Below, in pieces: positions 1-7,231 of a DNA stretch of 11,055 nt (its first letter is position 1; each line of letters begins with the position of its first letter). The position numbers and the translations under genes were made by a program. The stretch is taken from NCBI GenBank assembly GCA_037440825.1, contig JBBITJ010000022.1, positions 1-11,055 on the forward strand. Reading direction: 5' to 3'. The notes beneath the pieces were generated by a model. That model worked only from the letters and a program-made list of their open reading frames with translations. It was not told the DNA's origin and searched no databases. This DNA comes from Candidatus Micrarchaeota archaeon (GTDB lineage: Archaea > Micrarchaeota > Micrarchaeia > Anstonellales > Bilamarchaeaceae).

Positions 1-534
1 AGGAAGGAGATAGACTTCTGCCTCGCCAACGCGATAAAGCCGATGGAGCTCATAAAGCCCGATTGGGCGCAGAAAGGGAAGTTCCCGCAGTTCCCGCACT
101 GGACGATAAACCAGTGCAGGAAGAAGGAAAAGGCGTACGTGAGGTTCTGGATGAAGGAAATAGGGCTGGACACCATAATCGCATTCGCGAACTCCGCTGC
201 CGAGGTCTCGCCCAGGCAGGCGATCGAGGCTATCGAGAAATGCGCGCGCGAATACAAGCACGCAGGCGTGCAGGCGTTCTACTACATACCGGAATGCTAC
301 GTGCTGGCTGCGATGGCCCTTGCGTACAGGAGGTTCAAGGAGATGAAGCTCAGGAGCTTCGCAGGCAGGGCGCTCCACGCCATGGACCTGGCGCGATTCA
401 AGTCCGGGGATCCGCTGTACATCCCCGCATACAAGGAAGTGATGGAAAATGCCCCTGCTGCGAGAGAGAAAGCTGCCCGTGCGAAGACGCTCTATTTCTC
501 CGAAGTGGTGAGGGATGCGGAAAGCTCGGTTTGA
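1..534 (+). CDS. Hypothetical protein, probably 5'-truncated by the window edge
   Basis: Frame is open from base 1 (RKEIDFCLANAIKP-MELIKPDW...) to TGA at 532-534. Codon usage resembles the housekeeping genes. Ala-rich, helical-looking, no recognised motif. Confidence 0.7.
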   Translation, partial: RKEIDFCLANAIKPMELIKPDWAQKGKFPQFPHWTINQCRKKEKAYVRFWMKEIGLDTIIAFANSAAEVSPRQAIEAIEKCAREYKHAGVQAFYYIPECYVLAAMALAYRRFKEMKLRSFAGRALHAMDLARFKSGDPLYIPAYKEVMENAPAAREKAARAKTLYFSEVVRDAESSV

Positions 535-540
535 TATAGA

Positions 541-613
541 TAGCCCCAACCGGATTCGAACCGGTGTCACAAGGTCCAAAGCCTCGTATCCTTGACCGCT
601 AGACGATAGGGCT
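541..613 (-). tRNA. tRNA-Gln (anticodon TTG), 73 nt, no intron, CCA not encoded
   Basis: Minus strand AGCCCTA...TGGGGCT-A acceptor stem (A1-T72, typical of archaeal Gln). Anticodon arm CGAGG-CTTTGGA-CCTTG; T arm ACCGG-TTCGAAT-CCGGT. Confidence 0.95.
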
Positions 614-647
614 AGCTCACGCTATTCTTTCTTTTTCCAATTTTTAA

Positions 648-2117
648 TTAGTATTGCCTCGCAGCGTAAACATGCACTTTCGCGGGCTTGCCGCAGTTCA
701 CGCACTTCTCGCCATGCGGAACATCGGAGCTCTCGAATTCGCATTTTTCCGAATTGAAGAACGTGAAGACCGTTCCGCGGATGTCGCACGCGTGCTTCTC
801 CTTGAGCTCTTTCGCGCACTTCTCTCCGTCCATCCTTTCGCTGCAGAACGGTATCTTGACTATCTTCCCTTCATCTATCTTCTTCGCCATGTCCTCGCAG
901 GTCTTGGCAGAGTCCAGGCTCTTGAGGAACCTCTCCGATGCCTTCGCAGCGAGCCGCGCGCCCAGTTTTACTCCTGCATCCGCAATTGCCTTCTCCACGT
1001 CCGCGAGCTTCACGTTCTCCTTCTTCCCTTCGTCGCGCACAGCTAGCACCACGCTTCCTGAATCCATATCCCTTTCCCCTATTTCTATCCTTACCGGAAC
1101 GCCGCGCTGCTCCCAGTGGTTGAACTTGAATCCAGGGCTCACGTCCCGCGTATCGAGGTGCACGCGCGCTATTTTCCCGATTCTCTTCTCCAGCTCCTTC
1201 GCAGCTGAAAGCACCTTCTCCTCATTCCCTTTCCTGGTTATGGGTATTATCACGACCTGGATGGGCGCAGCTTCATATGGAATCACCATCCCCTTGTTGT
1301 CTCCGTGCACTGCCACCATCGCCGCATAAATCCTGTTCACTCCCGGGCCGTAGCACGTCTGCCACGCGAGCCGGGATTCGTTCTTCGCGTCCGTGTATTT
1401 TATCCCGTACGCCTTGGAGAAATGCTGGCCGAGGAGGTGCGTGCTCGCGACCTGCAGTACCCTTCCGTCAGGCATCAGAGTGTCGGCTGCAAACGTGTTG
1501 TCAGCGCCGGCGAACTTGTCCCATTGCGGCCTCTTGAACATAATGAAAGGCACTCCGAGCTTTTCCCAAATCACCTTCTTCGCCATCGAAGCGTCCTCCT
1601 CCACCTGCTTCTCAGCCTCCTTCGGAGTGGCGAAAACGTCGTGCGCCTCTATCCACAAAAACTCGCGCCCGCGTATGAACGGCTTCGTGGCCTTGGTCTC
1701 GTGCCTCCATACCCACCCCTTCTGGTATATCTTTATGGGAAGGTCGGAAAGCCCGTTCACCCACAGTGCGTACATCGGGTAAATGCTCGCTTCTCCTGTG
1801 GGCTTGAGCGCGTACCTCTCCTCCAGCTTCTTGTCCCCTGCCTCGGTCACCCAGAGCACTTCAGGAATGAACCCTTCCACATGCTCCTTCTCCGCGCCGA
1901 AAGATTTTTCATGGATGAGCGAAGGGAAGAAAGCGGGCTGGTGCGCCGTCTTTTCCATTTCAATATCGTAAAACTTGTAAATCTGGTCTATGCTCTTCAT
2001 GGCCCAGGGCATTATCACTATGAAGCCCTTGATGTTGTATCGGAGGTCGCACAGCTCCGCCTCCTTTATTATCCTATTATACCACTCAGAGAAGTTCCCG
2101 TATTTGTCTATGTTCAT
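648..2117 (-). CDS. proS: Proline--tRNA ligase, archaeal/eukaryote-like type
   Basis: N-terminal FSEWY, LKPTGE, motif 2 WRHETKATKPFIRGREFLWIEAH, motif 3 QTCYG...R, anticodon-binding domain (PGFKFNHWEQRGVPVRIEIG), C-terminal CVNC Zn site and terminal Tyr (ARQY). Confidence 0.97.
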   Translation of the reverse strand: MNIDKYGNFSEWYNRIIKEAELCDLRYNIKGFIVIMPWAMKSIDQIYKFYDIEMEKTAHQPAFFPSLIHEKSFGAEKEHVEGFIPEVLWVTEAGDKKLEERYALKPTGEASIYPMYALWVNGLSDLPIKIYQKGWVWRHETKATKPFIRGREFLWIEAHDVFATPKEAEKQVEEDASMAKKVIWEKLGVPFIMFKRPQWDKFAGADNTFAADTLMPDGRVLQVASTHLLGQHFSKAYGIKYTDAKNESRLAWQTCYGPGVNRIYAAMVAVHGDNKGMVIPYEAAPIQVVIIPITRKGNEEKVLSAAKELEKRIGKIARVHLDTRDVSPGFKFNHWEQRGVPVRIEIGERDMDSGSVVLAVRDEGKKENVKLADVEKAIADAGVKLGARLAAKASERFLKSLDSAKTCEDMAKKIDEGKIVKIPFCSERMDGEKCAKELKEKHACDIRGTVFTFFNSEKCEFESSDVPHGEKCVNCGKPAKVHVYAARQY

Positions 2118-2217
2118 AAGCGAAACCCAAGCATAGGATGTGGAAAAATGAATAAAAACAGAGTGGGAGCCGCCTGAGCCCGGAATCCGAAACCCAAGAC
2201 TGGAAACCGGCGGTCGG

Positions 2218-2748
2218 CTAGAGCCCGAGCGCGCCCAAGATGTCTACCACATCCAGGTTATGGAGCACCCCTCCTATCGCGCCCTTTATCACGAACGAGA
2301 CCGCCACCACCACTCCTGCCATCATGAGTGCGACAGCCACGTTGCCTTTCCTCAGCTCCTGCATCTCGCTCACGCCCATAGTCATGAAGTCCAGCACCCT
2401 TACGGATATCGCTATTGCTATCATGGAAACTATGACGCTTATGAGCAGGTTCAGCACGCCGACAACGAGCGCTATGAAGATTATGGTGACGCTGGCATTG
2501 GGCGTCACGAGCCTCGTGACGCTCGCGACCCCGCTTTCCACCAGCAGGGCGAGTGACAGTATCACTCCAACCAAAAGTATGCCCACTGCAGCGTTGCCTG
2601 CGTTGAGCTCCTTCACGAGATCTATGTTATGGTAAGTAAGCCTCGCGAACATCTTGAACGCGACGAATATGGTGCCCATAGACAGGCCTATTCCGAGGAC
2701 AAGCTGCACCAGCGAAACCGCGAGCTGCATGCCCACGTCGGTTGCCAT
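2218..2748 (-). CDS. DUF350-like membrane protein with two tandem repeat units (4 predicted TM segments)
   Basis: Two copies of the EL..GN.AV motif (ELNAGNAAVGILL; ELRKGNVAVALMM), each between hydrophobic segments. GGTGA RBS upstream of ATG 2748. Confidence 0.75.
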   Translation of the reverse strand: MATDVGMQLAVSLVQLVLGIGLSMGTIFVAFKMFARLTYHNIDLVKELNAGNAAVGILLVGVILSLALLVESGVASVTRLVTPNASVTIIFIALVVGVLNLLISVIVSMIAIAISVRVLDFMTMGVSEMQELRKGNVAVALMMAGVVVAVSFVIKGAIGGVLHNLDVVDILGALGL

Positions 2749-2826
2749 CTCAAATCACCGCTCTTACTTCAAAAACCATTTATTTAAATTTATGTGCGCG
2801 TTCCCTTTCTCCGCCAGCCCCTCTTT

Positions 2827-2833
2827 TTTTAAA
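2827..2833 (+). promoter_or_regulatory. Putative TATA box of purM
   Basis: TTTTAAA ends 21 nt before ATG 2855, consistent with a leaderless archaeal transcript. Confidence 0.55.
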
Positions 2834-2854
2834 CGATTGGCGCCAATACCCCTC

Positions 2855-3829
2855 ATGGCAAAATCCTATTCCGAAGCAGGGGTGGACCTCACCAAAGTGA
2901 AGTCCATCCAGAATCACATAAACGCCGCGATCTTCGCAGGCAAGAAGGGCGCCCTGGTGGGGCACTACGCAGGCCTGGTGGATTTCGCAGGCAGGAAGCT
3001 GGCGATGCACACCGACGGCGTGGGCAGCAAGGTGCTCGTCGCGCAGGACATGGAAAAATACGACACCGTAGGCATCGACGCGATCGCCATGAACGTGAAC
3101 GACCTCGTGTGCGTTGGCGCGCTGCCTATCGCCGGAGTGGATTACATCGCGCTCGCGAAAGAGGATGATTTCCTCGTCGCCGAGCTCCTGAAGGGGCTCA
3201 TAGCTGGCGCGCAGGAAAGCGGAATAGACATCGTCGGAGGCGAGACCGCGATAATGCCAGACGTCATCAAAGGCGGCGCGAGGCCCTTCGATCTCGCATT
3301 TACGGTAATAGGGGAAGTCAAGGAGCTGGTGACCGGCGACGCGATAAAGCCCGGAGACACTATAATCGGGCTCGAAAGCTCAGGCCTGCACAGCAACGGC
3401 TTCACGCTCGCGAGGAAAGTGCTGGACGTGAAGAAGTGGGGCAGGGCGATGCTCGAGCCCACCCGCATCTACGTGAAGCCTGTGCTGGAGATGATAGGAA
3501 GCTGCCGCGTGAACGGCATAGCCCACATTACAGGCGGCGCGTTCTCCAAGCTCACGAGGCTCAGCAAAAAGCACGGCTTCCTCCTCAACCGCATGCCAGA
3601 GCCCTCGCCGCTATTCAAGGCGCTCTACGATGAGGTGAAGGACGACCGCGAGATGCACCGCACGTTCAACATGGGCGTGGGCATGTGCATAATCGCGGAC
3701 AGGAAATGCGAGGAGCGCATCCTCGACATGGCCAAGAGGCACAAGGTCAACGCCTCCATAATCGGGGAGATAACTCCGGAAGCAGGCGTGTGGCTCGAGA
3801 AGGACGGAAGGAAAATAAGGCTAGACTAA
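2855..3829 (+). CDS. purM: Phosphoribosylformylglycinamidine cyclo-ligase (AIR synthetase), 324 aa
   Basis: SYSEAGVD start, TDGVGSK, IAMNVND, GGETA, SSGLHSNG, LEPTRIYVKP, AHITGG, TFNMGVG. Start revised to ATG 2855 (MAKSYSEAGVD); the track's TTG 2654 extension overlaps the divergent gene. Confidence 0.96.
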   Translation: MAKSYSEAGVDLTKVKSIQNHINAAIFAGKKGALVGHYAGLVDFAGRKLAMHTDGVGSKVLVAQDMEKYDTVGIDAIAMNVNDLVCVGALPIAGVDYIALAKEDDFLVAELLKGLIAGAQESGIDIVGGETAIMPDVIKGGARPFDLAFTVIGEVKELVTGDAIKPGDTIIGLESSGLHSNGFTLARKVLDVKKWGRAMLEPTRIYVKPVLEMIGSCRVNGIAHITGGAFSKLTRLSKKHGFLLNRMPEPSPLFKALYDEVKDDREMHRTFNMGVGMCIIADRKCEERILDMAKRHKVNASIIGEITPEAGVWLEKDGRKIRLD

Positions 3830-3844
3830 TTCTTCATCCTCCTG

Positions 3845-3855
3845 TTTTTGTTTTT
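3845..3855 (+). terminator. Possible oligo-T terminator after purM
   Basis: TTTTTGTTTTT begins 16 nt after the purM stop. It could instead be the antisense of a Lys/Asn-rich minus-strand frame. Confidence 0.3.
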
Positions 3856-4047
3856 GCCGCGCGTCTGCCCGGATTTTGATTTTGCGGGGAAAGGCGCGAC
3901 CTGCCCCTTCTGCGTTTTGCTTTTCACGAAGTTCTCTATAGGGTTGTAGAACTCCTGAGCTGCCTGCTCATGCGGCCGAACAGCGCGAGCAGCCGGCTTC
4001 CTCGCGCTGAGGAACTCCGGCCATTGCAGCCCGCGTCAAAGGACCGC

Positions 4048-4326
4048 ATGAATTGCACGCTCGCCCTGATATTCGGCACGTATGCGATTATAGGCGGCTT
4101 CATAACATTCCCCATGGCAGGCATCCAGCCCCAGTTCCTGCGCATGCTCTGCGCCATGGTAGCGGCGTATTATGCATCCTGGTTCCTCGAACTGCTGCCT
4201 TCCAACCAGAAGCCGGAGGCACAAGCCAAGCAAGGGAAAATGGGAAGGAAGCCCGCGCCTGAAATCTTATCTAGAGTTTGTAGAGCCTCATCATCAGCGA
4301 GTTGCCTACTACGCTCACCGAGCTGA
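4048..4326 (+). CDS. Probable small two-TM membrane protein (alternative start 3970; 3' end uncertain)
   Basis: [23 protein letters not shown]...[20 protein letters not shown] has two hydrophobic segments and genome-like codons (ATA, TTC, GGC). The ORF overlaps the copA 3' end by 56 bp, so the end is doubtful. Confidence 0.45.
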   Translation: MNCTLALIFGTYAIIGGFITFPMAGIQPQFLRMLCAMVAAYYASWFLELLPSNQKPEAQAKQGKMGRKPAPEILSRVCRASSSASCLLRSPS

Positions 4327-6553
4327 ACGCCATCGCCGCCCCTGCGAGCACAGGATTTATCTCTATCCCGAAGCCGGCTAGCGCGCCCATCGCCACCGGA
4401 ATCCCGACCACGTTGTATATGAACGCCCAGAAAAGGTTCTGCCTTATCTTGTTCATCGTGTATTTTCCGAGCCGCACTGCCCTCGCCACGTCCCTGACGT
4501 CGCCCTTCACCAGCACCACGTCCCCGGTCTCTATCGCGACGTCCGTGCCGCTGCCTATCGCGATTCCGACATCAGCAGCCGCAAGCGCAGGCGCATCGTT
4601 TATGCCATCGCCTACGAACACGACCTTGCCTTTCTTCATGAGCTCTCGGACCTTCTCCTCCTTCTGGTGGGGCAGCACGTTCGCGATCACATTCACTATC
4701 CCTACTTCCTCGGCAACCGCCTTCGCGCTTCTCTCGTTATCCCCTGTTATCATGTAGGCTTCTATGCCCAGGGCCTTGAGCTTCGCCACCGCCTCCTTCG
4801 AGACGTCCTTTATCCTGTCTGAAATCGCCACGATTCCTATCGCTTCATCGCCTTTCGCGACTATCACCGTGGTCCTGCCCTTCGCCTCCAGGGCAGCCAG
4901 CTTCGCGCCTCCGGCAAACCGCACACCCTCCTTCCTCATGAATTTCTCATTCCCTACGCGCACAATGTCTTTTCCGGCAATCCCCTTCACCCCGAAACCC
5001 GGAATCGCGGAGAATTTCCCTACTTCGGAAAGCTTCAGCCTCTTAGCCTTCGCGTATTCAACTATCGCCTGCGCGAGTGGGTGCTCGCTCTTCCTTTCCA
5101 GGGAGGCTGCGAGGCGCATGACGCTCGAAGCCGTGCTTTTCCCTAGCGGCACGACCTCAGACACCGCAGGCTTCCCCTCGGTTATCGTCCCGGTCTTGTC
5201 GAAAACCGCGTATTTCGTGCTCTCGAGTACCTCAAGCGCCTCGGTCTTCTTCGCGAGTATGCCGTTCTTAGCGCCTATCCATGAGCTCATGACCACTGCA
5301 GTGGGCGTGGCGAGCCCGAGCGCGCACGGGCACGCGATCACGAGCACAGTTATGAAGTAAGTGAGTGATTTCTCGAATTCCGCGCCTGCGACGAAGTGCC
5401 AGTATGCGAACGAAAGCGCGGCAAGCAGCACGACAGCAGGCACGAAGTACGCCGAAATCGCGTCAGCGAGCTTCTGTATCTGCGGCTTGGAACCCTGTGC
5501 CTCCTCCACCAATTTTATTATCTGCGCGAGCATGGTGTCGCTTCCGACCTTCTCCGCCTTCATGCGGAAGCTTCCAGTCCTGTTTATCGTCGCTCCTATG
5601 GCCTTGTCCCCCTTCCCTTTCCTCACAGGTATCGGCTCCCCTGTTATCATGGATTCGTCTACGTGGCTCTCTCCTGAAACCACGATCCCGTCCACAGGTA
5701 TCTTCTCCCCGGGCCGGATTTCCAGCACGTCGCCCGGCTTCACATCGTCTATTGGGATTTCCAGCACCCTCCTGCCCTTCACTATTCGCGCTGTCTTGGG
5801 CGCGAGCGCTATGAGCGCCTTTATCGCCTCGCTCGTCTTTCCCTTAGTTATCGCCTCGAGCAGCTTGCCCAGCAGTATGAACGTGATCAGCAGGGCCGCA
5901 GTCTCGTAATACGTGTATCCTTTCACCCCGAAAAATGTGACCGCGACGCTGTACGCGTAAGCCGCCCCCACTCCTATCGTGACCAGCGAGTCCATGTTGG
6001 GCATGAGGTTGCGTATCGCCTTGGTGCCCTTCACGAAGAAATGCGAGCCCGCGAGCATCACGACGCTGGTGAGCACGAAGTGCGCATACATGCCGTACTG
6101 CTTGAGGATAGTTGGCGGCTCTATCCCGAGCATGTCCGGAAGCGCAAGGGCAAGCACGGGAATTGAGAACAGCAGCGCGGCGAGGAACCTCCTCTTGTAA
6201 TCCGCTATCTCCTTCTCGCGCTCCTCCTTCTCCCGGTCCGTCTTCGGGATGGAAATGCCGTGCTCATGGCCCATCGCCGCGTGCTCCTCGGCGGTCATCC
6301 CCATCATCCTGGTTCCGGGTTCCGCGCTCCGCGTTTCGCCGGCTTCCTTGATCACTTCGTACCCTATGTCCGAGATCTTCTTCTCGATTCCGTCCATCCC
6401 TATCTGCCCGGGCTCGAACTGGACGTACGCCTTGCCTGTAGCGTAATTCACGCTCGCCTCAGCGACGCCCTTTGTGCGCTTGAGGGCCTTCTCTATGCTG
6501 ATGGCGCAGCTCGCGCAGTCCATCCCCTTTATAATCAGAGTCTTCTTCTCCAT
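4271..6553 (-). CDS. copA: Cu(I)/Ag(I)-exporting P1B-1 ATPase, 760 aa
   Basis: N-terminal HMA GMDCASC, TGEP actuator loop, [30 protein letters not shown] and MAFSS transmembrane Cu(I) ligands. Start taken as ATG 6553, preceded by GGGTG. Confidence 0.95.
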   Translation of the reverse strand: MEKKTLIIKGMDCASCAISIEKALKRTKGVAEASVNYATGKAYVQFEPGQIGMDGIEKKISDIGYEVIKEAGETRSAEPGTRMMGMTAEEHAAMGHEHGISIPKTDREKEEREKEIADYKRRFLAALLFSIPVLALALPDMLGIEPPTILKQYGMYAHFVLTSVVMLAGSHFFVKGTKAIRNLMPNMDSLVTIGVGAAYAYSVAVTFFGVKGYTYYETAALLITFILLGKLLEAITKGKTSEAIKALIALAPKTARIVKGRRVLEIPIDDVKPGDVLEIRPGEKIPVDGIVVSGESHVDESMITGEPIPVRKGKGDKAIGATINRTGSFRMKAEKVGSDTMLAQIIKLVEEAQGSKPQIQKLADAISAYFVPAVVLLAALSFAYWHFVAGAEFEKSLTYFITVLVIACPCALGLATPTAVVMSSWIGAKNGILAKKTEALEVLESTKYAVFDKTGTITEGKPAVSEVVPLGKSTASSVMRLAASLERKSEHPLAQAIVEYAKAKRLKLSEVGKFSAIPGFGVKGIAGKDIVRVGNEKFMRKEGVRFAGGAKLAALEAKGRTTVIVAKGDEAIGIVAISDRIKDVSKEAVAKLKALGIEAYMITGDNERSAKAVAEEVGIVNVIANVLPHQKEEKVRELMKKGKVVFVGDGINDAPALAAADVGIAIGSGTDVAIETGDVVLVKGDVRDVARAVRLGKYTMNKIRQNLFWAFIYNVVGIPVAMGALAGFGIEINPVLAGAAMAFSSVSVVGNSLMMRLYKL

Positions 6554-6610
6554 CCGGCCCACCCTGTCCGCTCCGGGTTTCCCTCTTCAGGTTTCCTGTT
6601 CAGCATTGCG

Positions 6611-6739
6611 CTATTCGCAGCATTCGCCCTTCTCTTCATGGCCGCAGCAGCAACAGCAGCACTCCTCTTCCTTCTCCTTCTTCCGCATTTCCTTCTTCCC
6701 GGTTCCCTTCTTCTTTCCGCTTCCAATCTTTTTCGCCAT
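6611..6739 (-). CDS. 42-aa Lys-rich/poly-Cys microprotein MAKKIGSGKKKGTGKKEMRKKEKEEECCCCCCGHEEKGECCE, candidate metallothionein-like or metallochaperone
   Basis: Hand translation: ATG 6739-6737 to TAG 6613-6611. AGGTGA RBS 5 nt upstream, genome-typical AAG/GAG/TGC codons, position between regulator and copA. Not listed in the ORF track. Confidence 0.8.
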   Translation of the reverse strand: MAKKIGSGKKKGTGKKEMRKKEKEEECCCCCCGHEEKGECCE

Positions 6740-6755
6740 ATCAATCACCTGCATC

Positions 6756-7181
6756 CTATTCGCACTCCGAGTGCTCCGCGCAGCTTTCGCAGCAGAAATA
6801 ATGCCTCTTACCCCCGCACTCGCGCACGTACGGATTCGCGTACACCACGCAGTCGCAATGCTCGCACTCCTTCAGCTTGTTGGCGAGCACCGCCTCCACT
6901 ATCGAGTCGGCCTTCTCGAGCATGCGCCTCAGCGCCGTCCTGCCCTTCTCGGTGAGTGCGTATACCTTCTTGTCCCTCGCGCCCGTGGAGACGACCTTCA
7001 CGTGCCCCGCGTACCTCATCTTCGCCAAGAGCGGGTATATCTGACCCGCGCTCGGCTTTTTGCCGAGCATGAACCCTATCTCGTGAATTATCTCGTAGCC
7101 GCTCCTGCTCCTCTTGCTCAGAAGTATGAGCGCCTGCATCTTCGTGAATCCTCCGAATCCGTCCTCCGCCTTCTTTGCCAT
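6756..7181 (-). CDS. PadR-family winged-HTH regulator with C-terminal TRASH-type metal-binding domain, 141 aa
   Basis: PadR motifs SGYEII, SAGQIYPLL, KKVYALTEKG. C-terminus CEHC-x20-CCESC fits TRASH C-x(19-22)-C-x3-C. Start revised to ATG 7181 (TATA 21 nt upstream). Confidence 0.88.
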   Translation of the reverse strand: MAKKAEDGFGGFTKMQALILLSKRSRSGYEIIHEIGFMLGKKPSAGQIYPLLAKMRYAGHVKVVSTGARDKKVYALTEKGRTALRRMLEKADSIVEAVLANKLKECEHCDCVVYANPYVRECGGKRHYFCCESCAEHSECE

Positions 7182-7202
7182 GCGCACTAATCTCACAAAT
7201 CC

Positions 7203-7228
7203 TATATAAACATATCTTTTTTAGATAT
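7203..7228 (-). promoter_or_regulatory. TATA box (TTTATATA, 7210-7203) plus adjacent ATATCT-N5-AGATAT palindrome (7212-7228) of the copper operon
   Basis: Read directly from the 50-nt AT-rich spacer. The TATA ends 21 nt before the regulator ATG, and the inverted repeat covers the BRE position. Confidence 0.65.
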
Positions 7229-7231
7229 ATG

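Noticed and set aside
1..613. Integrated element at the tRNA-Gln 3' end
   Set aside because: No integrase or duplicated tRNA end is visible and composition does not obviously change. It cannot be excluded beyond the window edge.
654..2177. Several long plus-strand ORFs opposite proS
   Set aside because: Antisense shadows of a well-supported gene, with no motifs.
2654..2854. Track N-terminal extension of purM (likewise tpiA 8084, prs 10800, regulator 7196, copA 6562)
   Set aside because: The extensions run through promoter/RBS DNA or a neighbouring gene. Family N-termini and TATA or RBS spacing favour the downstream ATGs.
3826..4233. Selenocysteine or readthrough at in-frame TGA 4038-4036 joining two minus-strand frames
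   Set aside because: The upstream part reads as the antisense shadow of the hydrophobic plus ORF. No redox motif surrounds the TGA, no SECIS-like element was recognised, and TGA acts as a stop at 532-534.
6535..6744. Track ORF of 69 aa (MIWRKRLEAERRREPG...)
   Set aside because: Shifted frame of the poly-Cys microprotein. Its TTG start abuts the AGGTGA RBS, it is Arg/Ala-biased and it overlaps copA, whereas ATG 6739 has correct RBS spacing.
4302..6955. Plus-strand ORFs opposite copA and the regulator
   Set aside because: Ser/Pro/Thr/Ala-rich shadow frames typical of GC-rich coding DNA.
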